DNA of 64,000 nt from contig CM082590.2 of the NCBI GenBank assembly GCA_040954595.2, positions 7,378,001 to 7,442,000 of the forward strand, in the 5' to 3' direction. Positions 1 to 51,384 of the stretch are shown here, piece after piece. Position 1 is the first letter of the stretch. Every line of letters starts with the position of its first letter. Made by a program: the position numbers and the translations under genes. Under the pieces are notes generated by a model, which did no database searches, was not told the origin of the DNA, and worked only from the letters and a program-made list of their open reading frames with translations. This DNA comes from Balanoglossus misakiensis. Lineage: Eukaryota > Animalia > Hemichordata.

Positions 1-18
1 CAATCGTGTTCATACATG

Positions 19-115
19 TAGCTCTGCATGGCAGGGCTGTGTACGTCTTACAGCGATGCCTTCCCACCACATGCATGGCCGTAAGACACGTACACAGCCC
101 TGCCACGCAGAGCTA
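19..115. repeat. Inverted repeat / hairpin, probable MITE fragment
   Basis: tagctctgcatggcagggctgtgtacgtcttac versus gtaagacacgtacacagccctgccacgcagagcta. Confidence 0.6.
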
Positions 116-1380
116 TTATACACATACCACTGCTCTAACCTACACGGTTCAACTTCAGTGGTTCACCTCAAACACGGTGACACGATAACACAATCAAGAA
201 CCACGCCTCGAGAAGTGCCCGTATAGTGGGGGCCTGATCGTATATCACTAATAATTAAGTCACCAGCTACAAAGGATCTATTGTCTGGCGCCCCATAGAA
301 ATGCCCTGGGCAATGTCGACGTCCTTATCTATCTGTACTATAGAAAGTGAATAATGTTTATCAATTCTAGATCTGTGCTTTTGTAGCCATGTTATGTAAC
401 ACACACATCGATTCCCACAGTTGTCTATTTAAGACAAGAATTGTGTGTGGGAGTCTAGCGTGGTCTCACAATATTGGTGCATGGTAATATTACACAGAGA
501 CTGGACTTGCTGCATGTATACGGTATAAACCGAATCATTTCTTAATTAAATACGTAGATTTAAGCAGATTTTATCGGGAGAAATCGGTCAGAAAGGTCCA
601 GTCGCGTAAGTCACGTGATTGTCTACGCTGAGCGTAAAGTTTAATGTCCAACCCAAGCAAAGATTCGAAAAGTAGAAACAGTCACGCATGAATCAAGCGT
701 CAGTAATGAGAAAATATTACACACGCAAAACACCAAGGGGCTGGTGAGTTTGTCCCAACCGTGACCAAAAAGCCATGTTAACTCACAGTCCGTGTATTAA
801 TTGAGGGGAGTGTGGTTAATACTACGCCCATCCCTTCATGAACATGTTACGTGGCTGTGCAAGTTTACGGGACGTGCTTCGGATGGGAGGGGGAAGGGGG
901 AGGGGGTTTGGAGTGGAGTGGAGCCCTAGAATTTACAGGTATGTGCACCCGGCTGACTTCTCAGAGATCAGTTTACAAATCCTCACTGTTTAGGTGTTTT
1001 CGTTCGTGAATAGACATTGTTGTACACAGCGACCTGTCATTCACTTGTCGTGGGGAAAACTGTACCTGGTTGACTCCAACCAGTATTTGCGTGTATCATA
1101 AGTATAAGAAACTTGGTGGTGTTCAAAATTGTCCTAAATATGGTCCATACATACCTGGCCTACTATTCTCGTCGTGGGAGCTAGTACGGTTACCGCTGTT
1201 CCGCTCAGCTAACTCGCAAAACACTGCTGGGTTTGGAGGCTGGTTATTCTATACGAACTGGGCCTAGGCACTTCAGTGAATGGTGGTGTCGATGGAATAC
1301 ACAATAGAACTTAGCATTTGAATGGTCCGGTTTTTCGGGTCGTCAATCCCTGGCTATAGTGACTCTCCCAATGCCCACAA

Positions 1381-1600
1381 TACTGTAGTGTAAAACACTT
1401 TATTTTCGCGAGCAATTAATTTTCGCCTAATACGCGAGAGCCAAAATAGCGTGAAAATAAAAAGTCGCGTAAATTGTTATTGAAGATAACGATGCAGTGA
1501 ATGAAATAAGAGAACGCGAAAATTAATACTCGCGAAACAATGGCCTCTCTCGATATCGCGAAAAATTTAACTCGCGAAAATAAAGTGTTTTATTACAGTA
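1381..1600. mobile_element. MITE with about 30-bp TIRs and TA ends (Tc1/mariner-type, tentative)
   Basis: tactgta..aaacactttattttcgcgag ... ctcgcgaaaataaagtgttt..tacagta; internal cgcgaaaa repeats. Confidence 0.7.
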
Positions 1601-1801
1601 ACAACTGTGATGCCACGCGTGTATTTTATTCTCAGCTCATACTAGTATACACACATATTTGCGGTGTAGAGACCAGGACATTGTCAGGGGGCTGTCTACA
1701 GGGCTAACCCCTCTACCGGGTCGCCAAATCATGTTTGCAAGGGGAAAGGAGTGGGCGGGTCCCCCGAACAAGAAATGTGCCCTACTTTATAAGGCTAGGA
1801 A

Positions 1802-2547
1802 CTCTCTCGCTGCCCCTTTTTCCATTAAAGATGTACGTTCAGTAAAATTGAAAGTATTGTCATTTTTTTTAATTGTGGATTTTTGTATGTATAATGAAAA
1901 TCCGTAATAAAATATAGGGGTCACCACGCTTGTTTTTGAAATACATGCAGAGCCATGAATTTGGTCGATAATAGAAGAAAACTGTTGACTCAGCATTTTT
2001 CACCAATGGTTTGTCTATGGGCAAAATTTTTGACGCAATTTATCTCAAAATAGAGCACGGTGACCCCTATATTTTATTTGACCAATGAATTTATATTTAC
2101 TGGACTGAGCTATATGTGTAAAATTTCGTGAAAATGACAATAGTAGAAGTTTGTTTTCTGGCGATTATCAATGTAATCCTATGGGAAAAAGACCGGGCGC
2201 GCAGTGTTTCCGGTTTAATTGTTCTGCGCTTACATCCTTAATTACCTTTTGATACAAGACACCGTTTATGTTATTCTACATGTGGATATATAGTGAATCA
2301 ACGTTCGACCACACACAACTTCCATCCCACTTATAGACATGAGAGTGAAAAACTGGCCAAAATGAATAATCAGTCTCTACCGTTTATTCATTTTGGGCGA
2401 GTTTTTACTCTCATATCATACAAGCGGGATGGAAGTTGTGTGTGGTTGAACGTTGATTCACAACATGTATACACATGTAGAATAACATAAACGGTGTCTT
2501 GTATCATAATTAATGGCAAAAAGGCAGTGAGAGACTTTGTCCCTTTA
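1802..2547. mobile_element. Palindromic MITE family A copy, interrupted by MITE B
   Basis: Arms match the 38267..38621 copy; ends gagactttgtccctttaa. Confidence 0.8.
1829..2237. mobile_element. MITE family B, TTAA target duplication, short TIR (Kolobok-like)
   Basis: ttaa|agatgtacg...tacatcc|ttaa; near-identical inverted copy at 50972..51384. Confidence 0.85.
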
Positions 2548-3072
2548 AAGCCCAAATTGCTGTATTTTTATATTTTGTTTGAAATGAAATGAAGTGTAAG
2601 TATGCTTATCCATGTGTGATCGCGAAAACTTTTCAAACTGGCAACGAACGTAATACAGCCACAATGTAATACAAATTGTTTGTGATGATGTACATTGTAG
2701 CAGTTCCATATTGCGCATGCTTTGACATGCTAGCAACAGTGTCCTTTTGGTGCCCTGAGACCCACAGTTGCAGACGCGACGACGCCCACCTTTTTACATC
2801 ACCAGGGTTACCAGGCCAGCTAGCTTTACTGGGCTGAAAGTTTAGTCCTTTTAATATGCAAATAGGCGAACGTGTTTTGGTCTCCTGAACGTTATTATTC
2901 TCTGGGTCACTGAACCAAGGTTTCTTTGTTAGTGTGTCCTCATCCAAGACATTGTGTGCACACTCTGTGAGATGTTTTTGAGGTCAGTGTTTTGTATAGT
3001 CCCTTGCCCCATTCCCACCGTTGTAAAGTGAGTCACATATTTGCCAGGCTGTATAGTTCGTCTCGCCCGGCC

Positions 3073-41193
<38,121 letters not shown>

Positions 41194-41408
41194 CCCTTTC
41201 ACCACCATGGTTCAATTTAGAGTCGCCATGGTTCAGTCAATGTTTCCATTGTTCCAACTTTTTACGTGTCGATTTTACAGACAGATGACCATAGACGACA
41301 CACAACTAAGCAGAAATAATACAGACAGTTGTATTACTAGGTTAACGTCGATGCCCACGGCCGGGCAAAACTAATCCCGATGATTGTGACAAGATAAGCT
41401 AATCTTTA

Positions 41409-41742
41409 GTCCCCGTTCACATTGTGTTTGGCACAGTTCTGGCCGACGTCGTCTCGCCAACCTGGTCTGGTTGTTTTTATACGATTTTCTCCATTGTCAA
41501 ATGATAGACTACACTGTTTTATATATGTCAATTGTGAAAGGTGTCAACTAGGACCAGAGTCGGACAAAACGTGTCCACACACACCAGGCTGGGACCAGAG
41601 TCGACCACAAACCACCCCATTAGACTGGGGAAAAAATTGTCTGGACAAGGGTCGGCCAGACCCATTCACACCTGTTTTTTGGGTCGGCCAAGTACCTGCC
41701 TAGGACAAGGGCCTAGCCTTTTTTTTAGTTATGTGAACGGCC
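41409..41742. mobile_element. Probable MITE (Harbinger-like TIR)
   Basis: ccgttcacat ... atgtgaacgg terminal inverted match; GC-richer than its flanks. Confidence 0.5.
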
Positions 41743-42514
41743 TATAAGTCTTTAGTAAAAGTCTTTGTTTGCCATCCAGTTGCGTTTAAATTTTTGGGAT
41801 CCAAATTTGGTGCTTGCGCAGATTAGAAATAGGCTTGTATACTGTACCTACTACCATTTGGAAAGATTTGTTATCTAACAGAAGAACTAATATGGCTGTA
41901 AATGAATCTTGTGAATCGTTAGACATATGGAAAGGGAAATGATGAATGTATACTCCGTTGTACTGTAGGTTTTCTGTAAATTTCCAAACAACTGAAATAA
42001 GTCCATTGCTTTCATTCAGCAGTTTAGTTTAAGAGATTTTGTTTACAATTGATAATCATTTATTTTTTCTGAACCTAACAATGAAAGTTCTGTGTTTGTT
42101 CTGATAGAGAATGTACACCTGGGGGAAGGGGGGGGAGGTATTGGTTACAGGTCTTGGTCAATACATGTCCTGACTGTAGGGGGCGCTTAACTTCTAAGAT
42201 TTAATATACATGACCACAGCAACAACTATTCTTTTCATTGTACTAATACCGCAGTTTGTTTATTGATTTGAATTTTTTTTTTAAATGAGTTCGTTTTATT
42301 TCATTCTGGACATTTCTCAACAACGACAAGCAAAAAAAAAAAAATAACAAGCACAGACAAACTTCTGTAAAGGATGTCACATTTTTTTAAGATCTTGTTT
42401 GAAAATTATTTCAGTATTTGAGTCTTGAATACATAAACAACGGCATTTATGGATTTGAAAGAAATTATCGTCCGCGCCATCATTTTCACAGAAACTGTTG
42501 ACTTCGAAACTGTT

Positions 42515-42609
42515 AGTCTGGTCCCCTGCCCCATTCCCACCGCTGGCTGCGCTACGCTTTCCTTTAGCGTAGCGCAGCCAGCGGTGGGATTGGGGCAGGG
42601 GACCAGACT
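42515..42609. repeat. GC-rich 44-bp-stem hairpin
   Basis: agtctggtcccctgccccattcccaccgctggctgcgctacgct, 7-nt loop, then its reverse complement with one mismatch. Confidence 0.9.
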
Positions 42610-44644
42610 CGTGGTGAGGTTTCAAGCGCCGTTGTTTACTATTTGAATATTAGAAGCTCTCTGATTGGTTGAAAAAAAAACTGAACAGGTGTCAATTCGG
42701 AGCATGCGTGTTTCCAGAACTTTCCGGGAACTTTGGTAAGACGGGCGCATGCATGGCTTTGTCGGAGAAATGGCGTCGGTCGTTCACTGCCTTTAATGTC
42801 CACGTCAAGAAGGAACTGTTCCAAGTCGAAGAACAAGTACCATGCGAAAAAGAAGTCTGAAACTCATGAAGGTTGCAGATATTGGTTTGCTCGCCGGGAA
42901 GTGTTCAAGTCGACCACAACCAGTCCTGAACATGAACGTTCAACAAAAGGTAAATCGATACACGTGTTTCATGTTTTCACAATTGTGTGTTGTGATACGC
43001 GTCCGTTCAACAAAAAAACGTCGCACCAGGCAATTGACGAAATTTTCTGTAAAAGTGTTGCAATTTTTGACCACAATTGCTTGGGATTTGTTACACGGAC
43101 TTTGTTCCTCCTAGCTATGTATGACTTAGAAAACGGTCCTTTTTCGAAGTCACAGGAGAAAAGCGACTGTGTTTTTGACTTCTTTTATGTTGAGTGCAAA
43201 TGAAATGGCTTCTTCGTTGTGGATGTAATTTGCTGTATATTCGTTTGAAATGTTTGTTTCTTTTCAATGCAAGTTTTTATGCGCATGTACATATCTTCGG
43301 CCTGAAATGATGCATAGACCGCACATGTTGAATTTTTCTCGGGTCGATGTCACGTGACCCCATCGCGCGGCATGGCCGTATCTGCAAGTAAATTTCTGTG
43401 AGGTTTACCGTCTGTTTGGCTGATAGCATAGTTGTAGAAACACATCCCTAAAAAGTTCGACACATATAGAATCATATCCTTACAGCAAAAGCCAGTTCTC
43501 TGTTCGGCTCAGTACATTTTTTATTGTATTCTAGTGTAGGGCAAATGACAATATTTTTCTAGTAGAGAGCCACGATTTTGGTGCTGAACTTGAACTACAG
43601 CATTTTCTTTGTTCTGATTCAGTAGAAAGACATGCAGCCATTTGTAGTGCAAGATACTATTTTTAATTCTAGAGGCATAACGATTTTTATTGCAGAGACT
43701 TTATTTTACGATTTTTTCGTAGTACACGTATAGATAATTTTCAGCGCAATTTGGAATTTTTTTGTAGTGCAAATAATTTTCAGCGCCAGTTTGACATTTT
43801 GTAATAGTAATCTTCCCAGGAATTTCTGATAGAGTAGCGTCTAATTTGCATAACAATATAAATAATTGTTATGTTAAGTTCTCGCGCGATGAAGATGACA
43901 CACAGTTGTTGAAATTGTTGCTCATGATAGGAAGGTCTTTACAATAAGGCTTGTCTTAGTCATTTTTTTTCAATGTAGAATTTGTTAAAAACTGTTACAG
44001 AAAATTATTATTTTCATATTTTTTTCTTGCAGATGAAGGGAATTCCGATGTCGTGAAAGAAACCAAAACCAGTGGATGTTGCCCCAAACTTTCGAACAGA
44101 CCCCCCAAGTGCTGGACCTATCAAAGGTGAGAGAAAATTGAGTGGTTATAGTTGAAACGTCTTGTGACATAGAGTCAGGAAATTGCATATGAAGTGGAAT
44201 CGGTGTCACACAATTCATGTTTTAGACTTTCAATCGAATGACGCTTGTGTGTGTGGGCGTGCATGTTCAATAAAAACGAAGATTGAGTGCCCGTGGGTTT
44301 TGTGTGCTTTTCAGAATCGTTTTGTACGCATGTACCTGAAAATAAGTGGCTGCAAGGTTTGTGTTAATTGAGTGTGCCCCCTCCTCCCCCTCCCCCGTCT
44401 CTTCTCCTTTGAGTGATAATTTTCGGAACGTTCAGAAAAGATCAGGATGTCAACTCCAACCGCGCCGCGTTCGCTCCAAAACCAGCGTGCTCACCTCTCG
44501 GGGTTCAAGGTCAAAACAGCCGAACTCACCGTAACGTAGTCCGTCAATGGTCTTGTTCAGTAATAGAACTTAGTGTTTTCTTTCCGATGTAGGGCCTAAG
44601 TTTTTGTGCGCGTGTACATATCTTCGTGAAATGCCGCATTGAGA

Positions 44645-47600
44645 CAATTTTAACGCCCAAGGTTTACTTAAATTGTAGTGCAGATCATTTACAGCGCAAG
44701 TTTGATTTTTTTGCACTTCAGAACATTTTTAACGCCGTAATTTTAGTTTAATTGTAGTGCAGGAAATTTTCAGCGCAAGTTTAATTTTTTTGTACTTCAG
44801 AAAATTGTTAGCGCCCAGGGTTTATTTTAATTGTAGTGCAGATAATTTTCAGCGCAAGTTAATTTTTTTTGTACTTCAGAAAATTTTTACGCCCAAGGTT
44901 TACTTAAATTGTAGTGCAGGTAATTTTCAGCGCAAGTTTGACTTTTTTGTACTTCAGAAATTTTTTAGCGCCCAAGGTTTACTTTAATTATAGTGCAGAT
45001 ATTTTTTAGCGCACGTTTATTTTTTTTTGTACTTCAGAAAATTTTTAGCGCCCAAGGTTTACTTTAATCGTAGTGCAGATAATTTTTAGCGCAAGTTTAT
45101 TTTTTTTTGTACTTCAGAAATTTTTTAGCGCCCAAGGTTTACTTTAATCGTAGTGCAGATAATTTTTAGCGCAAGTTTATTTTTTTTTGTACTTCAGAAA
45201 ATTTTTAGCGCCCAAGGTTTACTTTAATCGTAGTGCAGATAATTTTTAGCGCAAGTTTATTTTTTTTTGTACTTCAGAAATTTTTTAGCGCCCAAGGTTT
45301 ACTTTAATTATAGTGCAGATATTTTTTAGCGCACGTTTATTTTTTTTGTACTTCAGAAAATTTTTAGCGCCCAAGGTTTACTTTAATTGTAGTGCAGATA
45401 TTTTTTAGCGCAAGTTTATTTTTTTTGTACTTCAGAAAATTTTTAGCGCCCAAGGTTTACTTTAATTATAGTGCAGATAATTTTTAGCGCAAGTTTATTT
45501 TTTTTGTACTTCTGAAAATTTTTAACGCCCAGGATTTACTTTAATTGTAGTGCAGATAATTTTCAGCGCAAGTTTATTTTTTTTGTACTTCAGATAATTT
45601 TTAGCGCCCAAGGTTTACTTTAATTATAGTGCAGATAATTTTCAGCGCAAGTTTATTTTTTTTGTACTTCAGATAATTTTTAGCGCCCAAGGTTTACTTT
45701 AATTATAGTGCAGATAATTTTCAGCGCAAGTTTAATTTTTTTGTACTTCAGATAATTTTAACGCCCAAGGTTTACTTTAATTGTAGTGAAGATAATTTTC
45801 AGCGCAAGTTTAACTTTTTTTTACTTCAGAAAATTTTAGCACCCAGGGTTTACTTTAATTAATTGTAGTGCAGATAATTTTCAGCGCAAGTTTAATTTTT
45901 TTGTACTTCAGATAATTTTTAGCACCCAGGGTTTACTTTAATTATAGTGCAGATAATTTTTAGCGCAAGTTTAATTTTTTTGTACTTCAGAAAATTTTTA
46001 GCGCCCAAGGTTTACTTTAATTATAGTGCAGATAATTTTCAGCGCAAGTTTATTTTTTTTGTACTTCAGATAATTTTTAGCGCCCAAGGTTTACTTTAAT
46101 TATAGTGCAGATAATTTTCAGCGCAAGTTTATTTTTTTTGTACTTCAGATAATTTTTAGCGCCCAAGGTTTACTTTAATTAATTGTAGTGCAGATAATTT
46201 TCAGCGCAAGTTTAATTTTTTTTTTACTTCAGAAAATTTTAGCACCCAGGGTTTACTTTAATTAATTGTAGTGCAGATAATTTTCAGCGCAAGTTTAATT
46301 TTTTTGTACTTCAGATAATTTTAACGCCCAAGGTTTACTTTAATTGTAGTGAAGATAATTTTCAGCGCAAGTTTAACTTTTTTTTTACTTCAGAAAATTT
46401 TAGCACCCAGGGTTTACTTTAATTAATTGTAGTGCAGATAATTTTCAGCGCAAGTTTAATTTTTTTGTACTTCAGATAATTTTAACGCCCAAGGTTTACT
46501 TTAATTGTAGTGAAGATAATTTTCAGCGCAAGTTTAACTTTTTTTTTACTTCAGAAAATTTTAGCACCCAGGGTTTACTTTAATTAATTGTAGTGCAGAT
46601 AATTTTCAGCGCAAGTTTAATTTTTTTTTTACTTCAGAAAATTTTAGCACCCAGGGTTTACTTTAATTAATTGTAGTGCAGATAATTTTCAGCGCAAGTT
46701 TAACTTTTTTTTTACTTCAGAAAATTTTAGCACCCAGGGTTTACTTTAATTAATTGTAGTGCAGATAATTTTCAGCGCAAGTTTAATTTTTTTTTTACTT
46801 CAGAAAATTTTAGCACCCAGGGTTTACTTTAATTAATTGTAGTGCAGATAATTTTCAGCGCAAGTTTAACTTTTTTTTTACTTCAGAAAATTTTAGCACC
46901 CAGGGTTTACTTTAATTAATTGTAGTGAAGATAATTTTCAGCGCAAGTTTAACTTTTTTTTACTTCAGAAAATTTTAGCACCCAGGGTTTACTTTAATTA
47001 ATTGTAGTGAAGATAATTTTCAGCGCAAGTTTAACTTTTTTTTACTTCAGAAAATTTTAGCACCCAGGGTTTACTTTAATTAATTGTAGTGCAGATAATT
47101 TTCAGCGCAAGTTTAACTTTTTTTTACTTCAGATAATTTTAACGCCCAAGGTTTACTTTAATTATAGTGAAGATAATTTTCAGCGCAAGTTTAACTTTTT
47201 TTTACTTCAGAAAATTTTAGCACCCAGGGTTTACTTTAATTAATTGTAGTGCAGATAATTTTCAGCGCAAGTTTAATTTTTTTGTACTTCAGATAATTTT
47301 AACGCCCAAGGTTTACTTTAATTATAGTGAAGATAATTTTCAGCGCAAGTTTAACTTTTTTTTACTTCAGAAAATTTTAGCACCCAGGGTTTACTTTAAT
47401 TAATTGTAGTGAAGATAATTTTCAGCGCAAGTTTAACTTTTTTTCACTTCAGAAAATTTTAGCACCCAGGGTTTACTTTAATTAATTGTAGTGAAGATAA
47501 TTTTCAGCGCAAGTTTAACTTTTTTTTACTTCAGAAAATTTTAGCACCCAGGGTTTACTTTAATTAATTGTAGTGAAGATAATTTTCAGCGCAAGTTTAA

Positions 47601-49010
47601 CTTTTTTTTACTTCAGAAAATTTTAGCACCCAGGGTTTACTTTAATTAATTGTAGTGCAGATAATTTTCAGCGCAAGTTTAATTTTTTTGTTCTTCAGAA
47701 AATTTTTAGCGCCCAAGGTTTACTTTAATTGTAGTGCAGATAATTTTCTGCGCAAGTTTAATTTTTTTGTACTTCAGAAAATTTTTAGCACCCAGGGTTT
47801 ACTTTAATTATAGTGCAGATAATTTTTAGCGCAAGTTTGACTTTTTTGTACTTCAGAAAATTTTTAACGCCCAAGGTTTACTTTAATTATAGTGCAGATA
47901 ATTTTTAGCGCAAGTTTATTTTTTTTTGTACTTCAGACAATTTTTAGCGCCCAAGGTTTACTTTAATTATAGTGCAGATAATGTTTAGCGCAAGTTTATT
48001 TTTTGTACTTCTGAAAATTTTTAGCGCCCAGGGTTTACTTTAATTGTAGTGCAGATAATTTTCAGCGCAAGTTTAATTTTTTTTTTTTACTTCAGAATTT
48101 ATTTAGTGCCCCAGGGTTTACTTTAATTGTAGTGCAGATAATTTTCAGCGCAAGTTTGACTTTTTTGTACTTCAGAACAATTTTAGCGCCCAGGGTTCAC
48201 TTTAATTGTAGTGCAGATAATTTTCAGCGCAAGTTTAATTTTTTTTTTTACTTCAGAATTTTGTTAGTGCCCCAGGGTTTACTTTAATTGTAGTGCAGAT
48301 AATTTTCAGCGCAAGTTTGACTTTTTTGTACTTCAGACAATTTTTAGCGCCCAAGGTTTAATTCAATTGTAGTGCAGGTAATTTTCAGCGCAAGTTTAAT
48401 TTTTTTTTACTTCAGAAAATTTTTAGTGCCCAGGGTTTACTTTAATTAATTATGGTGCAGATAATTTTCAGCGCAAGTTTAATTTTTTTGTACTTCAGAA
48501 TTTTTTTAGCGCCAAGGGTTTACTTTAATTATAGTGCAGATAGTTTTTAGCGCAAGTTTATTTTTTTTGTACTTCAGAAATTTTTTAGCGCCCAGGGTTT
48601 ACTTTAATTATAGTGCAGATAGTTTTTAGCGCAAGTTTATTTTTTTTTTTTTTACTTCAGAATTTTTTTAGTGCCCCAGGGTTTACTTTAATTGTAGTGC
48701 AGATAATTTTCAGCGCAAGTTTATTTTTTTTTTTTTTACTTCAGAATTTTTTTAGTGCCCCAGGGTTTACTTTAATTGTAGTGCAGATAATTTTCAGCGC
48801 AAGTTTGACTTTTTTGTACTTCAGAACATTTTTAGCGCCCAGGGTTCACTTTAATTATAGTGCAGATAATTTTCAGCGCAAGTTTAATTTTTTTTTTTAC
48901 TTCAGAATTTTTTTAGTGCCCCAGGGTTTACTTTAATTGTAGTGCAGATAATTTTCAGCGCAAGTTTGACTTTTTTGTACTTCAGACAATTTTTAGCGCG
49001 CAGTTTTTTT
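44645..49010. repeat. Satellite with about 80-bp unit (dimer of related ~40-bp subunits)
   Basis: tgtagtgcagataattttcagcgcaagttt.. alternating with tgtacttcagaaaatttttagcgcccaaggtttactttaat. Confidence 0.95.
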
Positions 49011-49361
49011 TTTTTTTTTCAGCAGATAATTTTTAACGCGCCGATTTTTTTTTTAGTGTTTACACAGTGGAATTTTTAGAATTTTCTTTTCTCAAAACAG
49101 AAGCAGACGTGCTCGCGTACTTGAAAAAAAAAAGTCTTGCTTAAGAAAAAATGTTTGTAAGTCTTGGAAACAATTCAAGAAAAAAAATAATTTAAGAAGA
49201 AAAAAAAGCAAGACATTGCTTTTGCTGTTTGGAACAAGGGAATCATCGTCCGCCTATCGGCGCCGGCCCCTGGGGGCGAAAAAGCCCCCAGCGGAAAGAG
49301 GTCAGGGCCCCTCTTTCCTCCGCCCAGCGTCCCGCCCGGGCCAGGGTATCGCCCAGCTCGT

Positions 49362-49440
49362 CACAGTCACGTCGAGATTCGAACCCGGGACCCGAAGATC
49401 GTCGGTAAGCTCTCCTCCCATGCCACTGGACCACCGAAAC
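49362..49440 (-). other. tRNA-like Pol III promoter head (tRNA-derived SINE or tRNA pseudogene)
   Basis: Minus strand: A-box tggtccagtgg, then T-arm/B-box cgggttcgaatct about 35 nt later; no convincing cloverleaf. Confidence 0.5.
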
Positions 49441-49506
49441 AATCCAATGGAGCTGAGCAAATTGTCCGTCTAGTGGGACACGCCCGACGATCAGGTCACG
49501 TGACTT

Positions 49507-50217
49507 AGTCTCAAATTGTAGACTTGTTCCCCAAATTAATTGTAGACTTGTTCCCCAAATTAATTTTAGACTTGTTCCCCAAATTTATTTTAGACTTGTT
49601 CCTTAATTTAGTCTCAAATTGTAGACTTGTTCCCCAAATTAATTTTAGACTTGTTCCCCAGATTTATTTTAGACTTGTTCCTTAATTTAGTTTTAGACTT
49701 GTTTCTCAAATTAATTGTAGACTTGTTCCCCAAATTTATTTTAGACTTGTTCCTTAATTTAGTTTTAGACTTGTTTCTCAAATTAATTGTAGACTTGTTC
49801 CCCAAATTAATTTTAGGCTTGTTCCCTAAATTACTTTTAGACTTGTTTCTTAATTTAGTTTTAGACTTGTTTCTCAAATTAATTGTAGACTTGTTCCCCA
49901 AATTAATTTTAGACTTGTTCCTTAAATTACTTTTAGACTTGTTTTTCTTAATTTAGTTTTAGACTTGTTTCTCAAATTAATTGTAGACTTGTTCCCCAAA
50001 TTAATTTTAGACTTGTTCCTTAAATTACTTTTAGACTTGTTTTTCTTAATTTAGTTTTAGACTTGTTTCTCAAATTAATTGTAGACTTGTTCCCCAAATT
50101 AATTTTAGACTTGTTCCTTAAATTACTTTTAGACTTGTTTCTTAATTTAGTTTTAGACTTGTTTCTCTCAAATTAATTGTAGACTTGTTCCCCAAATTAA
50201 TTTTAGACTTGTTCCCC
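49507..50217 (+). repeat. 24-bp satellite, array 1
   Basis: (tagacttgttccccaaattaattg)n and variants. Confidence 0.95.
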
Positions 50218-50971
50218 GAACACGTTGATCAAGTGACATTCTCCGCAGCTAGGGGGTCTGGTCGCACCTTCTAGCTAGGTTAGAATTATTCCCGCGCTAC
50301 AATCTCTGTACGGTATCAACGTTTTACGCGGAAGATATGTACACGCGCGCAAATACGTACACATTTTACTCAACTGATGGGATTTCTCACTCTTTCGGAT
50401 GCAAAGAGATACTTCAGGCGCTATCATAGTAGAGACTCGTTGAAACACAAAGTGATGGAAGTCAGTAGACTTTATTGCTACAGAAATGAAACAGGCGTTG
50501 CAACACACAGTTGTCTGGAAGTGTATATTGCATGTCTTAAAACACGAATTTACAGTTAGAGTTTTATAAAGTATTCTGAAGAAGCAAAACAAAAACGTGA
50601 TTACTATTGTCCAATTTTAAAAGCAAAAAAAAAAAAAAAAGATTTCTTGATCACTGAAATCAATTGTTTGGCAATTCTCCCAGTTTGTTATTTTGACACA
50701 TTTATACTTGTACTTGCATATCTTGTACAACCCAGAAACAATGATGGAAAGTCCACCAAATTTTCACACAATTATTCATACTGACTAAATGCTCTTAAAA
50801 TGGTCTCTTGGAATTTTCTGACTTTCTTAACCATTGTAATTATTTCAGTTTAACTACCTTTGACTTTCAAAATGGCCGCCAAATTTGACGTTCAAAAGGA
50901 CTAGGCCTATATGCTCTCAAAATTGAAATTGTCTCTTGGAATTTTTCTGACTTTCCTAACCATTTGTTTAA

Positions 50972-51384
50972 GGATGTACGCGCAGAACATAAACCGGAAA
51001 CAGTGCGCGCCCGGTCTTTTTCCCATAGGATTACATTGAAAATTGCTAGAAAACAAACTTCTACTATTGTCATTTTCACGAAATTTTACATATAGCTCAA
51101 TCCAGCAAATATAAATTCATTGGTCAAATAAAATATAGGGGTCACCGCGCTCTATTTTGAGATAAATTGCGTCAAAAATTTTGCCCATAGACAAACCATT
51201 GGTGAAAAATGCTGAGTCATCAGTTTTCTTCTATTATCGGCTAAATTCATGGCTCTGTATTTCAAAAACAAGCGCGGTGACCCCTATATTTTATTACGGA
51301 TTTTCATTATACATACAAAGGAGAATCCAAAAATCCACAATTAAAAAAAATGACAATACTTTCAATTTTACTGAACGTACATCC
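50972..51384. mobile_element. MITE family B, second copy (inverted)
   Basis: ttaa|ggatgtacg...cgtacatcc|ttaa. Confidence 0.85.

Noticed and set aside
2992-3072. N-terminal extension of peptidase exon 1 in the ORF track
   Set aside because: Starts at TTG; the first in-frame ATG in good Kozak context is at 3073.
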